A DNA stretch of 64,000 bases, taken from the NCBI GenBank assembly GCA_040954595.2, contig CM082595.2, forward strand, positions 9,413,918-9,477,917. The letters run 5' to 3'. This DNA is from Balanoglossus misakiensis (taxonomy: Eukaryota; Animalia; Hemichordata). The position numbers were made by a program, and so were the translations under genes. The number at the start of each line of letters is the position of its first letter. Positions within the stretch are counted from its first letter, which is position 1. The notes beneath the pieces were generated by a model that worked only from the letters and a program-made list of their open reading frames with translations, was not told the DNA's origin and did no database searches. Below are positions 53,248 to 63,499 of this stretch, piece after piece.

Positions 53248-56200
53248 CATCCGACTTCGTTATTAAAAATGGAAAGGTTTGCGATTCGGTTCAAGTAGTA
53301 TTTGCAAGTTTGAAAGGAAATATTTCATTGAAGTACAGTGGCAACTACTGCATTATTGAGAATCTTTGAAATGTTGATGAACGGAGACTTATAATAGAAT
53401 AAATGAAAACCTACCTTTAACGGTGTTAGGGTTACTACACCTGACAGACCGCTGGTCTGCGTCCGACCGATTCTGAGCTCCTAGCTCTTGTGGAGACATG
53501 CGGAGGTACAGCGGGTTAACGGTTAGGAAGTGTTGATGAAAGGAATGATTATTTACATAGGCCAATCAGGATCCTGGAGTTAGATATTCGAGTGAAATGG
53601 TGGAAAAACGGGAATGCCGATTGGTTCAATTTAACCGGAGGGAAATTGCTACATTATATGACGTCAGTTGCGAACGATAATGCATATATTAAGCTAAGGT
53701 TGAATCCGGTTTTTCCATCAAGCACAAGCATATTTCAGTCATAAAAAAAACGAAGAGAATAACACTAAAAAAATATTTCCTTTTTAAAAACTTCACTATA
53801 GCATTATTATAATGATGTACGTCGTACATAAAATGATACACGTGACATCGACTTGTTCAGAGTTTTAAAACAGGTAGAGAGTGCCCATGGGTAACCCGAA
53901 AACACACAAACCGGGTAAAAAATGAAAGTCCTGCGAAGGCCAGGAGTATACACTGAAAAATTACAATAAATCTAGTACAAAAGTTTGTATCCTCACGAAT
54001 AATTAACTCTGATTGCATAAGTATATTTCCGTCTCATTACCTTCTGAAAGCAAATCACTCACTTGCCGGTAAAAGTTGAGTAAAATACTACATCTAAACT
54101 GCATAGCGATGGCGGCCCATAAAAATAATTGCCCAGTGTCCCACTCGCAATGCACAACTTTTTAGGCCAAGTGCTAATGATATTCGAATTTTCGAAGGTT
54201 ACGCAATATACACATACATGTATAAATATTAATTTATGAACAATTTCCAGTGTTCACGCTGGGATTTCTTTCGTTCTAGTTTACTCGTTATATAATGTAC
54301 CAATTCCCTCCGGTAAGTTGAGCCGATTCCCATCACTTTGAGCCAATCGATATTCATGGTTTTTCAGCATTTCAGTCGACTATATTTACACCTGTTGCAT
54401 GTCTTTGCAGTTTTTGACTTGACGCTTACAACCGAGTCGCACCGCACGCAGTACTATCTTGTTGTCTTCATGTTTAGTTGTTGTTTTGCGCACACTATTT
54501 GCACAAAAATATCTGCTCGTTTTGTTATCAACGATCGAGTATATGTTAGGAAGTCCGACATAGAGAACTTTGTTCTAAATATTCAATGCCCCACAAATGA
54601 TATACTAGACTGCTCGACACAACACACCCCAGCCATACTCCATTAGTACACGCCACAAACACCGTATTTATACAGCCTGAGGGATTTCAGCTTCGAACTT
54701 ATTGCCCAATCATATTCGACTATTTCCAACCAATCCCCTTCTGACTAATTGACCAATCACACGCTTCGAGCATAATTTCCAAAAAAGGGAAAACTAACGA
54801 ATTTGCTATATCTTTCCGGTTTCATCTTCAACAGTTTCTAACATTTTTTTGGACCCCCCCCCCCCTCGATAAACACCCATACTCAAAGGGTAACTTCATT
54901 TAATTGTCAGTAAATAAAATCAATTCACAGTCTTATTACATGTACTATTTATAATATACTCAAATTTCCACTACAAAATATCTGTATATGTGCGTTAAAT
55001 TCTGAAATCTTTCCACCCAAACCTCTAGTTATGCAAATTTAAATTGCTGTCTGTTGCGTTCGCCTACGGTTTCTCATTTTCGGACATTCGAATCTAACTC
55101 CTGATTGGCCTATAAACTTATTTCTTTCATCAACACTTTCTAACCGTTAACCCGCTGTACCTCCGCATGTCTCCACAAGAGCTAGGAGCTCAGAATCGGA
55201 TGAACGAGACAAGCGGTCTCTCACGTTTAGTAACCGTAACACCGTTAAAGGTAGGTTTTCATTGATTCTAATAAGTCTCCGTTCATCAACATTTCAAAAA
55301 TTCTCCATAACCATCCGACTTCGTTATTAAAAATGGAAAGATTTGCGATTTGAGATTCGGTTACCATTTGCAAGTTTGAAAGGAAATATTTCATTGAAGT
55401 ACAGTGGCAACTACTGCATTATTGAGAATCTTTGAAATGTTGATGAACGGAGACTTATAATAGAATAAATGAAAACCTACCTTTAACGGTGTTAGGGTTA
55501 CTACACCTGACAGACCGCTGGTCTGCGTCCGACCGATTCTGAGCTCCTAGCTCTTGTGGAGACATGCGGAGGTACAGCGGGTTAACGGTTAGGAAGTGTT
55601 GATGAAAGGAATGATTAATTACATAGGCCAATCAGGATCCTGGAGTTAGATATTCGAGTGAAATGGTGGAAAAACTGGAATGCCGATTGGTTCAATTTAA
55701 CCGGAGGGAAATTGCTACATTATATGACGTCAGTTGCGAACGATAATGCATATATTAAGCTAAGGTTGAATCCGGTTTTTCCATCAAGCACAAGCATATT
55801 TCAGTCATAAAAAAAACGAAGAGAATAACACTAAAAAAATATTTCCTTTTTAAAAACTTCACTATAGCATTATTATAATGATGTACGTCGTACATAAAAT
55901 GATACACGTGACATCGACTTGTTCAGAGTTTTAAAACAGGTAGAGAGTGCCCATGGGTAACCCGAAAACACACAAACCGGGTAAAAAATGAAAGTCCTGC
56001 GAAGGCCAGGAGTATACACTGAAAAATTACAATAAATCTAGTACAAAAGTTTGTATTCTCACGAATAATTAACTCTGATTGCATAAGTTTATTTCCGTCT
56101 CATTACCTTCTGAAAGCAAATCACTCACTTGCCGGTAAACGTTGAGTAAAATACTACATCTAAACTGCATAGCGATGGCGGCCCATAAAAATAATTGCCC

Positions 56201-57377
56201 AGTGTCCCACTCGCAATGCACAACTTTTTAGGCCAAGTGCTAATGATATTCGAATTTTCGAAGGTTACGCAATATACACATACATGTATAAATATTAATT
56301 TATGAACAATTTCCAGTGTTCACGCTGGGATTTCTTTCGTTCTAGTTTACTCGTTATATAATGTACCAATTCCCTCCGGTAAGTTGAGCCGATTCCCATC
56401 ACTTTGAGCCAATCGATATTCATGGTTTTTCAGCATTTCAGTCGACTATATTTACACCTGTTGCATGTCTTTGCAGTTTTTGACTTGACGCTTACAACCG
56501 AGTCGCACCGCACGCAGTACTATCTTGTTGTCTTCATGTTTAGTTGTTGTTTTGCGCACACTATTTGCACAAAAATATCTGCTCGTTTTGTTATCAACGA
56601 TCGAGTATATGTTAGGAAGTCCGACATAGAGAACTTTGTTCTAAATATTCAATGCCCCACAAATGATATACTAGACTGCTCGACACAACACACCCCAGCC
56701 ATACTCCATTAGTACACGCCACAAACACCGTATTTATACAGCCTGAGGGATTTCAGCTTCGAACTTATTGCCCAATCATATTCGACTATTTCCAACCAAT
56801 CCCCTTCTGACTAATTGACCAATCACACGCTTCGAGCATAATTTCCAAAAAAGGGAAAACTAACGAATTTGCTACATCTTTCCGGTTTCATCTTCAACAG
56901 TTTCTAACATTTTTTTGGACCCCCCCCCCCTCGATAAACACCCATACTCAAAGGGTAACTTCATTTAATTGTCAGTAAATAAAATCAATTCACAGTCTTA
57001 TTACATGTACTATTTATAATATACTCAAATTTCCACTACAAAATATCTGTATATGTGCGTTAAATTCTGAAATCTTTCCACCCAAACCTCTAGTTATGCA
57101 AATTTAAATTGCTGTCTGTTGCGTTCGCCTACGGTTTCTCATTTTCGGACATTCGAATCTAACTCCTGATTGGCCTATAAACTTATTTCTTTCATCAACA
57201 CTTTCTAACCGTTAACCCGCTGTACCTCCGCATGTCTCCACAAGAGCTAGGAGCTCAGAATCGGATGAACGAGACAAGCGGTCTCTCACGTTTAGTAACC
57301 GTAACACCGTTAAAGGTAGGTTTTCATTGATTCTAATAAGTCTCCGTTCATCAACATTTCAAAAATTCTCCATAACC
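53248..57377 (+). repeat. Tandem duplication of about 2066 bp (53248-55311 and 55312-57377)
   Basis: Identical ORFs at 54338 and 56404 (offset 2066). The copies differ at a handful of SNPs. Confidence 0.95.
57169..57181 (+). promoter_or_regulatory. Putative promoter: inverted CCAAT box plus TATA box
   Basis: ATTGG at 57169-57173 and TATAAA at 57176-57181. They precede a putative leader exon ending AAG|GTAGGT (57315/57316) and an acceptor TTTTTCAG| (57587) 13 nt before the ATG at 57601. Octamer ATGCAAAT at 57096-57103. Confidence 0.45.
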
Positions 57378-57600
57378 CAGTAGTTGCCACTGTGCTTCAA
57401 TGAAATATTTCCTTTCAAACTTGCAAATGGTAACCGAATCTCAAATCGCAAATCTTTCCATTTTTAATAACGAAGTCGGATGCCGCAATCACCAACTCAC
57501 TTTTTTATCGGACTCCATCATTCTAATACTTTACTTCAATGTTCAAAAATTGTGTAAAACAATATCCACTCTCAATCTATTTTTCAGGTTTAACGGCGTT

Positions 57601-58423
57601 ATGGCATCCCCGGCTCCCGGTCCCTCATCCCCAACCAGCCAAGGCGTGGCACTGAAATTGCGCCTCATGGAGGATGTCGAGATCCGGAATTCCGCCAACG
57701 GGAAACTGTTTAGCGTGCCTTGTATGCAGCAGGATGGCAACGTTCTGGAACTTTTCCACTGGAAGAGATAATACCATTTGCCTCTATGATAGAGCAAAGG
57801 TACGTTATAATCGCACCCCGTAACTTATGGGCCTGACTTTTTTTTTGCCGTAGTCATTTTGGGTATCTTAACCTCCCATCTTCTACATTTTTAGAAATTT
57901 ACTCTACAAAATTGAATGACCCATTACATTTTAGAGACCTTTCCCGAATTCAACCGAAGCCTAATGGGAAGGTCTTCGGATGTAATCCAATATGGCAGCC
58001 TCCATGCGATCACGTACATTGAAAATCCATTTATATGATACAACCATGCCTTGTCAACTCACCTCGGGTCAAAATTACTGCCATCGATTCATCATTTTGC
58101 AGTTCAAATTTTAAAAAGCAACTGACAAAAAACAACCACTCTTGCACTATTTCTCCACAACATTTACTACTCGTAATTATTAACATTCAATGTTTTCCAT
58201 TTTATTTCCACTACAGTATGAATCAGTGACACATACATCGAATTCTACAAAGAGACGTAAACTGACCATAACTGATGGCACAAGAGATGCTGAAGTCAAC
58301 CTTTGGGGTGAGAAAACAGCGCTGCCACTGGATGTAGGTGCCACAGTTAAACTAGGCCAATTGGTTATCAACAGATATAAAACATCGTCCACATTAAATA
58401 CAACAGCGACAACTGAAGTGGAG
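57601..58423 (+). pseudogene. OB-fold (RPA/SSB-like) gene copy C (exon 1 and exon 3)
   Basis: Exon 1 at 57601-57799 reads MASPAPGPSSPTSQGVALKLRLMEDVEIRNSANGKLFSVPCMQQDGNVLEL..., then a 71-bp deletion frameshifts it; donor AAG|GTACGT. Exon 2 is absent. Exon 3 at 58217-58423 is 69 open codons (KRRKLTITDGTRDAEVNLWGEK...VGATVKL...LNTTATTEVE), a typical OB-fold pattern with canonical AG/GT boundaries. Confidence 0.8.
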
Positions 58424-58440
58424 GTGAGACATAAAATACT

Positions 58441-59865
58441 GTTCCTGATGCTCCGTGAGAACTGTCAGGTAGCCACGGTTCTAGGCGACATAGGATGGAT
58501 GTCCACGGTACGGGAGGAGGCCATGCATGTATACGGGAAGGAAAAGACCGAAGCCAACCTGCCCGTACCATCCGACGCAGCCATAAAAACCTGCACACTA
58601 CCTCGGGAGTTCAATCCAGGCCGCGTACGTGGGGGATTCGTTGGCCATACCTCCCCGCAAGAGCCCACAAGAACCACCACCGCAGCTGACGACCTGGAGG
58701 AAACTTTGAGCATCTTCCGGGATCCGCAGCTGGAAAAGCAGGTACTCGGTGGTGACAAGGACCAGGCGATGGAGGTGTCGGAAGGGCCAGACCCACCCCG
58801 CACCCGTGTATCACCCCCAATAGCAGTAGCGAGAGACGGGGGAAACCAACGGCTGCTGTAGGAGCCATCACCCCCACGCCAAGAAATGCTGCCGCTGCAG
58901 TCACTGATCAACCCATTGGAGCTGGAGGCGACGTTGGAGGCGGGGGAATATCTAATCCCCTGGGAACTTCGACGCCACCCCGGCAGCCCTACTAGGTCCA
59001 GATCCCCAACCCGGTCGCCGCGACCGGAGCGTTCTCGAGAGGAAAGGCGGGACCGCCCACCTTCCCGTGAACGACCATCCTTTTCACGCTGGGGAGATCT
59101 CAGCCCCAGACGTCGATCACCGATCCGGTATCCAACGCCGGAACCGCCCAAAGAAGACGAACGCCGCTGGAGGAGCGCCAGGCCGGCCTGAAGGAGCCCC
59201 CTATCCTCTGTTCCACATTACTCATCAGGCCCTTCTCCATGTCCGTTCCCGGGAGGCCGGAGGTCCACGCGCAAACTGAAGAAACACGCCTTTCAGTGCC
59301 ACCTTCCAGTTATTTTTACTGAGAAGCCGGTAGTATTCCGCGAGCGGGACGCGGTGGAGGCGTTAGAGAAACTCACCTATACTGGCTGTGTGGTCCAGGA
59401 AATGAAATACCCGACCTGCTAGACTTCTATATCCGCAGGGGCGGACCTGGACGGATCCCTACGGAATCCTTTTGTTCACCGGAGTCCATGGTGATGATGA
59501 AGCGCCTGTGCGTCTTCCAGGGGTGGGAGGTGCCGAACAGGTTCCGACTGAGCTCCCCCACCACACCAGCGATTCTCATCCACTGGCGTGTCCTTAGCAT
59601 ACTGCTGAGGTGGGTATCCCAATCACGACAGGAAGAATTCCGGGAAATCCGACCTCACCGAAAAACATCATCAATCCAGACACAGCAACCAGAGAGGACG
59701 GGGGCGGAAGCAGTCGCACAGAATCCATCGACGCAGGGGGAGCGAGGACGCGCCAGGGGTTTTTGATGCATTTTTTATCCCCCAAGCGTGCGCGGAGGAG
59801 TGCCGAGTGGAAGACGCGCCCACCACCATAGATGACCTCACTGACTACGATGTTGGTGTCCCCCC
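58441..59865 (+). pseudogene. GC-rich decayed TE-type ORF: RS/P-rich region, degenerate C2H2 finger, probable TatD-like N-terminus
   Basis: Abrupt GC rise. One frame reads on through isolated stops: SRSPTRSPRPERSR..., then CPFPGGRRSTRKLKKHAFQCHLPVIF at 59240-59317. After a frameshift come FRLSSPTTPAILIHWRVLSILL and then GVFDAFFIPQ...TTIDDLTDYDVGVP, cut by the LTR at 59866. Confidence 0.55.
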
Positions 59866-60069
59866 TGTTATGTTTCCATCAACATGGGAATAATAATGCG
59901 ATCATAAGGTATAACAACAACCTATTTATTGATCGGCTGAAAAGACTCAACAATGTGCTTCGCCTTATCTGGGCGGAAGTGACGTCGTACAGCAATTCTT
60001 AAACAAGTGGAACACCAACAATGCAACACTAGAGGGCGCTATATTGATCGTAGCTGTCAGAATACTACA
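59866..60069 (-). repeat. 3' LTR (204 bp)
   Basis: Minus strand reads TGTAGTATT...CATAACA directly after the PPT. AATAAA at 59930-59925. CTCF-like ACACTAGAGGGCGC at 60026-60039 (+). Confidence 0.85.
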
Positions 60070-60080
60070 TCCCCTCTTCT
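60070..60080 (-). other. Polypurine tract
   Basis: AGAAGAGGGGA on the minus strand abutting the LTR TG. Confidence 0.85.
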
Positions 60081-60161
60081 GGGAAAAATGTGATAAATTT
60101 TCCTCTGTATAACTCAACTTTCTGTGGAACAAATGGCGTATCTCAATATCAGAAAAAGCTA

Positions 60162-63100
60162 TCAATCAGTCACATAATCTTTGTATCGAGACGGCTTTTG
60201 TATATTTGTTCTGGTTCGTGTTGATCTCAACGATTCTTGGGCTGGTGACGCTGGCGTTGCGGGTTGTTGAGGCGGTGTTCCCTCTGTGACTGCTGGTGCA
60301 ATATTGTGTTGATCCATCCCTGTCTGTGCTGGTTTCAGTTCTGCGCTGACTGGTTTCAGGTGGATCCTGTTGCGTCGCATTTGTTTCCCGTTGTCTAACT
60401 TCACGGTGTAGGACCTAGGTGTGTTTGCTGGGGCTACAACTCTCGCTGGACTCCATGTTTTGCTGATTGGGTTTTGTACATGGACTTGTTGACCTGTCAG
60501 CAATTCTGGTAGTTGTCTGGAGTGCTGGTCGTGGCTGGAAGTCTGGGCCTGCTGTTGAGATGTCAGGTATTGACGAACTTCCTCCCCGTTTCTTGCTGGG
60601 TGAATTTTGGCTGGGAGAGTTGTCTTGTATGCTCTGCTGTTCAGCAACTCAGCTGGTGATGGTATGTTGGACTTCAATGGAGTCGCGCGAAGTGCCAACA
60701 ATGCTAGATTCGGATCATCTCCGGACTCTTTGCACTTCATCAGGATGTTCTTCACGGTCTGTACATGTCGCTCGATAAAACCGTGCCCTTTGGGATAGTA
60801 TGGTGATGATGTGACTATCGCAAAACCATACTTCTCAGTTAGGCTGTGGAAGTCTCTAGCTGTAAACTGAGATCCGTTGTCACAAACTAGTTTCTCGGGT
60901 ATTCCTTGCTCTGCAAATAGAATTCGGAGGGCTCTCATAATGGTACTGGCTCTGAGGTCTTCAAGTTTCCTAATGAAGGGGAACTTGGAGTAGTAGTCAG
61001 CAACTATCATGTACCATGTTTGGTTCACGTAGAATAGGTCTGCTCCAATTGTGTGCCACAGTCGTGGTGGAATTTCCATTGGAATCATCGGTTCCTTCTG
61101 CTGGGAATTCTGGAATTTCTGGCACGCGTTGCATCCTGTTACTAGTCTCTCTATATCTTTACAAATTCCAGGCCAGTACACGCTGGATCTGGCTCTCAGC
61201 TTGCATTTCTCGATCCCCAGGTGACTGCTATGAATGCGTTGTAGCATTTCATCTCTCATTACTGCTGGTATGAGGAGTCGGCTGCCTATCAGGATAATAC
61301 CATCTTCGATAGCGATATCGTCTCGAATAGACCAGTAGGGTCGAATATCAGCGTGAATGTCCTTGATGCTATCTGGCCATCCTTTCAGGACTTGCTGGAT
61401 CAATAATTGAAGAATTTCATCTTTGGTAGTTTCTTCTTTGATCTCCATCTGTCTCATTGGTGTGATCTTCACCAGGTGGTGTATCTGGACTTTCATGTCA
61501 CTGATTTCGTTCTGATCTTGTGGTGACAGTCTAGATAGTGCGTCGGCAAGTATCATCTGTTTGCTTGGCTTGTAGTGTATGGTGAAATCATACGGCTGTA
61601 TGCGCAACAGCATTCTCTGTAATCGGGGTGGTGCCTTGGTCAAATTCTTCCTCTGAATTTGCTCCAACGGTCGATGATCACTCTCTACTATGAAACTTCT
61701 GCCGTAGAGATATGTGCGAAACTTCTCACATCCGTAGACTACCGCGAGTAGTTCTCTTTCTATATTGGCGTATCGGGTTTCCGCTGGTGTCAGGGCCTTG
61801 GACGCAAATGCTATAGGTCTCTGTTCCTGTATGAGCACCACTCCGATTCCCTTTCCCGATGCGTCGACTTGTAGAGTGACAGGCTTCTTACGGTCGTAGT
61901 AAGCAAGTGTAGTCTTTGTGCTGATCAGGTCCTTGATCATATTGAAAGACTTTGTGTGTGTCGGAGACCACTCAAACTCAGTGTCGTCTCTGATGAGCTC
62001 TCTCAGTGGTGCTGTGTGTTCAGCTAATCTGGGTATGAATGAACCCATGTAGTTCACCATTCCGAGGAATGTGCGCAGTTCGGTCTTGTCTCTAGGCGGA
62101 TGCATCATCTCTATCGCCTTGACCTTTTCTGGGTTGGGTTTAACTCCGTCTTCTGTGTATAACATGCCAAAGAAACTACATTCTTTTGTCTTGATGTAGC
62201 ATTTCTCTTTGTTCAGTTTAATGCCTGCTTTCCTGGTTCGTTCCATGGCTTCGTGTAGATGCAGGTCATGGTGTCGCTCTCCTGATCCTAAGACTTGTAT
62301 ATCGTCTGCAATGCCGACTGCACCTTCACACTCTCTGTATGTTTCATCAATTTTGAATTGAAACACATCTTGGCTCATCCTTAGCCCAAATGGCATTCGT
62401 AGGAATCTGTAACGGCCATATGGTGTGTTAAAGGTCGTCAGGAAGGATGATTCTTCATCGATCTTTACATTCCAGTATCCGTTCCGCGCGTCTAGCTTGC
62501 TGAAAAGTGTTGCGCCTGCCAACTTTGGGGTAATCTCCTCCAATGTGGGTGTAGGGTAATGATCCCTTTTAATGGCTTTGTTCAAGTCCTTCGGGTCCAG
62601 ACAAATGCGAAGTCTTCCATTGTCTTTCTCCCGGACAACAAGAGAATTGACCCAGTTCGTAGGCTGGTTCACTTTGGCGATGATTTGCTTATCTTCCATC
62701 TCCTGCAGCTCGGTTTTGAGTCTATCCATTAGTTCTAATGGAACTCTGCGGGCAGGGTGTACTACTGGTTGTACTTCTGGATCAAGAGTGATGTGGTATG
62801 TGTAGTTTTCAAAACATCCGACCACGTCGTCAAAGCAATCAGGGTACATCCTCAGCAACTGTTCTTTGTTCTTTATGGGAGGGCGGTCCCTGATGGGTGT
62901 ATTACTGTCTATGTAGTCATCTGCAGGGTTTCTGTTTCTTCCTGCTGGCTTCTGTTCGTTCATCTTTCTCTTTTCCACTTCCACATTTCTTCCAGGCTGT
63001 GCTGTCTTGCACTCTGGGCTCGCCTGCACTTGTATGGCTTCTACTGAACAGTTTATTTGTATCAGGTTTAAGGCTCTGCTTGCCTTTAACCCTAAAATGG

Positions 63101-63499
63101 CTGGGCCTGCGGCGTCAGTTACATAGAAGAGGCATCTGATTTTCCTCTCTCTATGTTCACATGGAATGACGATGGTGCCAAGCTGTTTGATTTTGGAACC
63201 TCCATATGCGGTAAGGATTGTTTTATTTTCCTTCAAGTGCCCGCGTTTTGGATTTCCGTGTTTATCCAGTTTCTCTGGAAATATGATCTTGAAAAGACAG
63301 AGGGGCAGTATATTGCCCTGTGCACCGGTATCAATCTTGCATCTCAGTGCTACTTTCCTTTTCTTTTCGCTCTGTGTGATTGTCAGTTTCGTGTATATTT
63401 CTTCTTGTCTGTTGATGTTGTCCAATGCATTTATTTCGATAGTTCCAACATCTAGGACTTCATCATTTTCTGATGCATGTTGCTGCTCGAGCGTGTCAC
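60162..63499 (-). CDS. pol: Gypsy Pol polyprotein (protease, RT, RNase H, integrase)
   Basis: Protease IDTGAQ. RT LRICLDPKDLN, RMPFGL and IADD. RNase H VDAS...ERELLA...SDHRPL. Integrase HSSH..C..C zinc finger and D(ADLF)-D(CDNG)-E(FIER). The frame is open from about 63499. Confidence 0.97.

Larger units (their letters stand above)
53133..57597. repeat. Long inverted repeat arms of about 450 bp (53133-53590 and 57152-57597) flanking a duplicated spacer
   Basis: For example ccgttaaacctgaaa / tttcaggtttaacgg and ctcttgtggagacatgcggaggtacagcgggttaacggttag / ctaaccgttaacccgctgtacctccgcatgtctccacaagag. The arms hold the putative promoter, leader exon and leader intron of the OB-fold gene. Confidence 0.92.

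Noticed and set aside
54338-54646. 102-aa plus-strand ORF present twice
   Set aside because: The identity only reflects the recent 2066-bp duplication. It has a TTG start and no motif.
50257-58423. Naming the OB-fold gene RPA1, POT1 or NABP, or calling the cassette a Helitron
   Set aside because: Similarity is at fold-pattern level only. No orthology evidence, Rep/helicase or Helitron termini are visible in the window.
58190-58861. 223-aa ORF as a single gene
   Set aside because: It is a chance fusion of intron, OB exon 3 and the GC-rich element. Homology to the minus paralog ends at about 58440.
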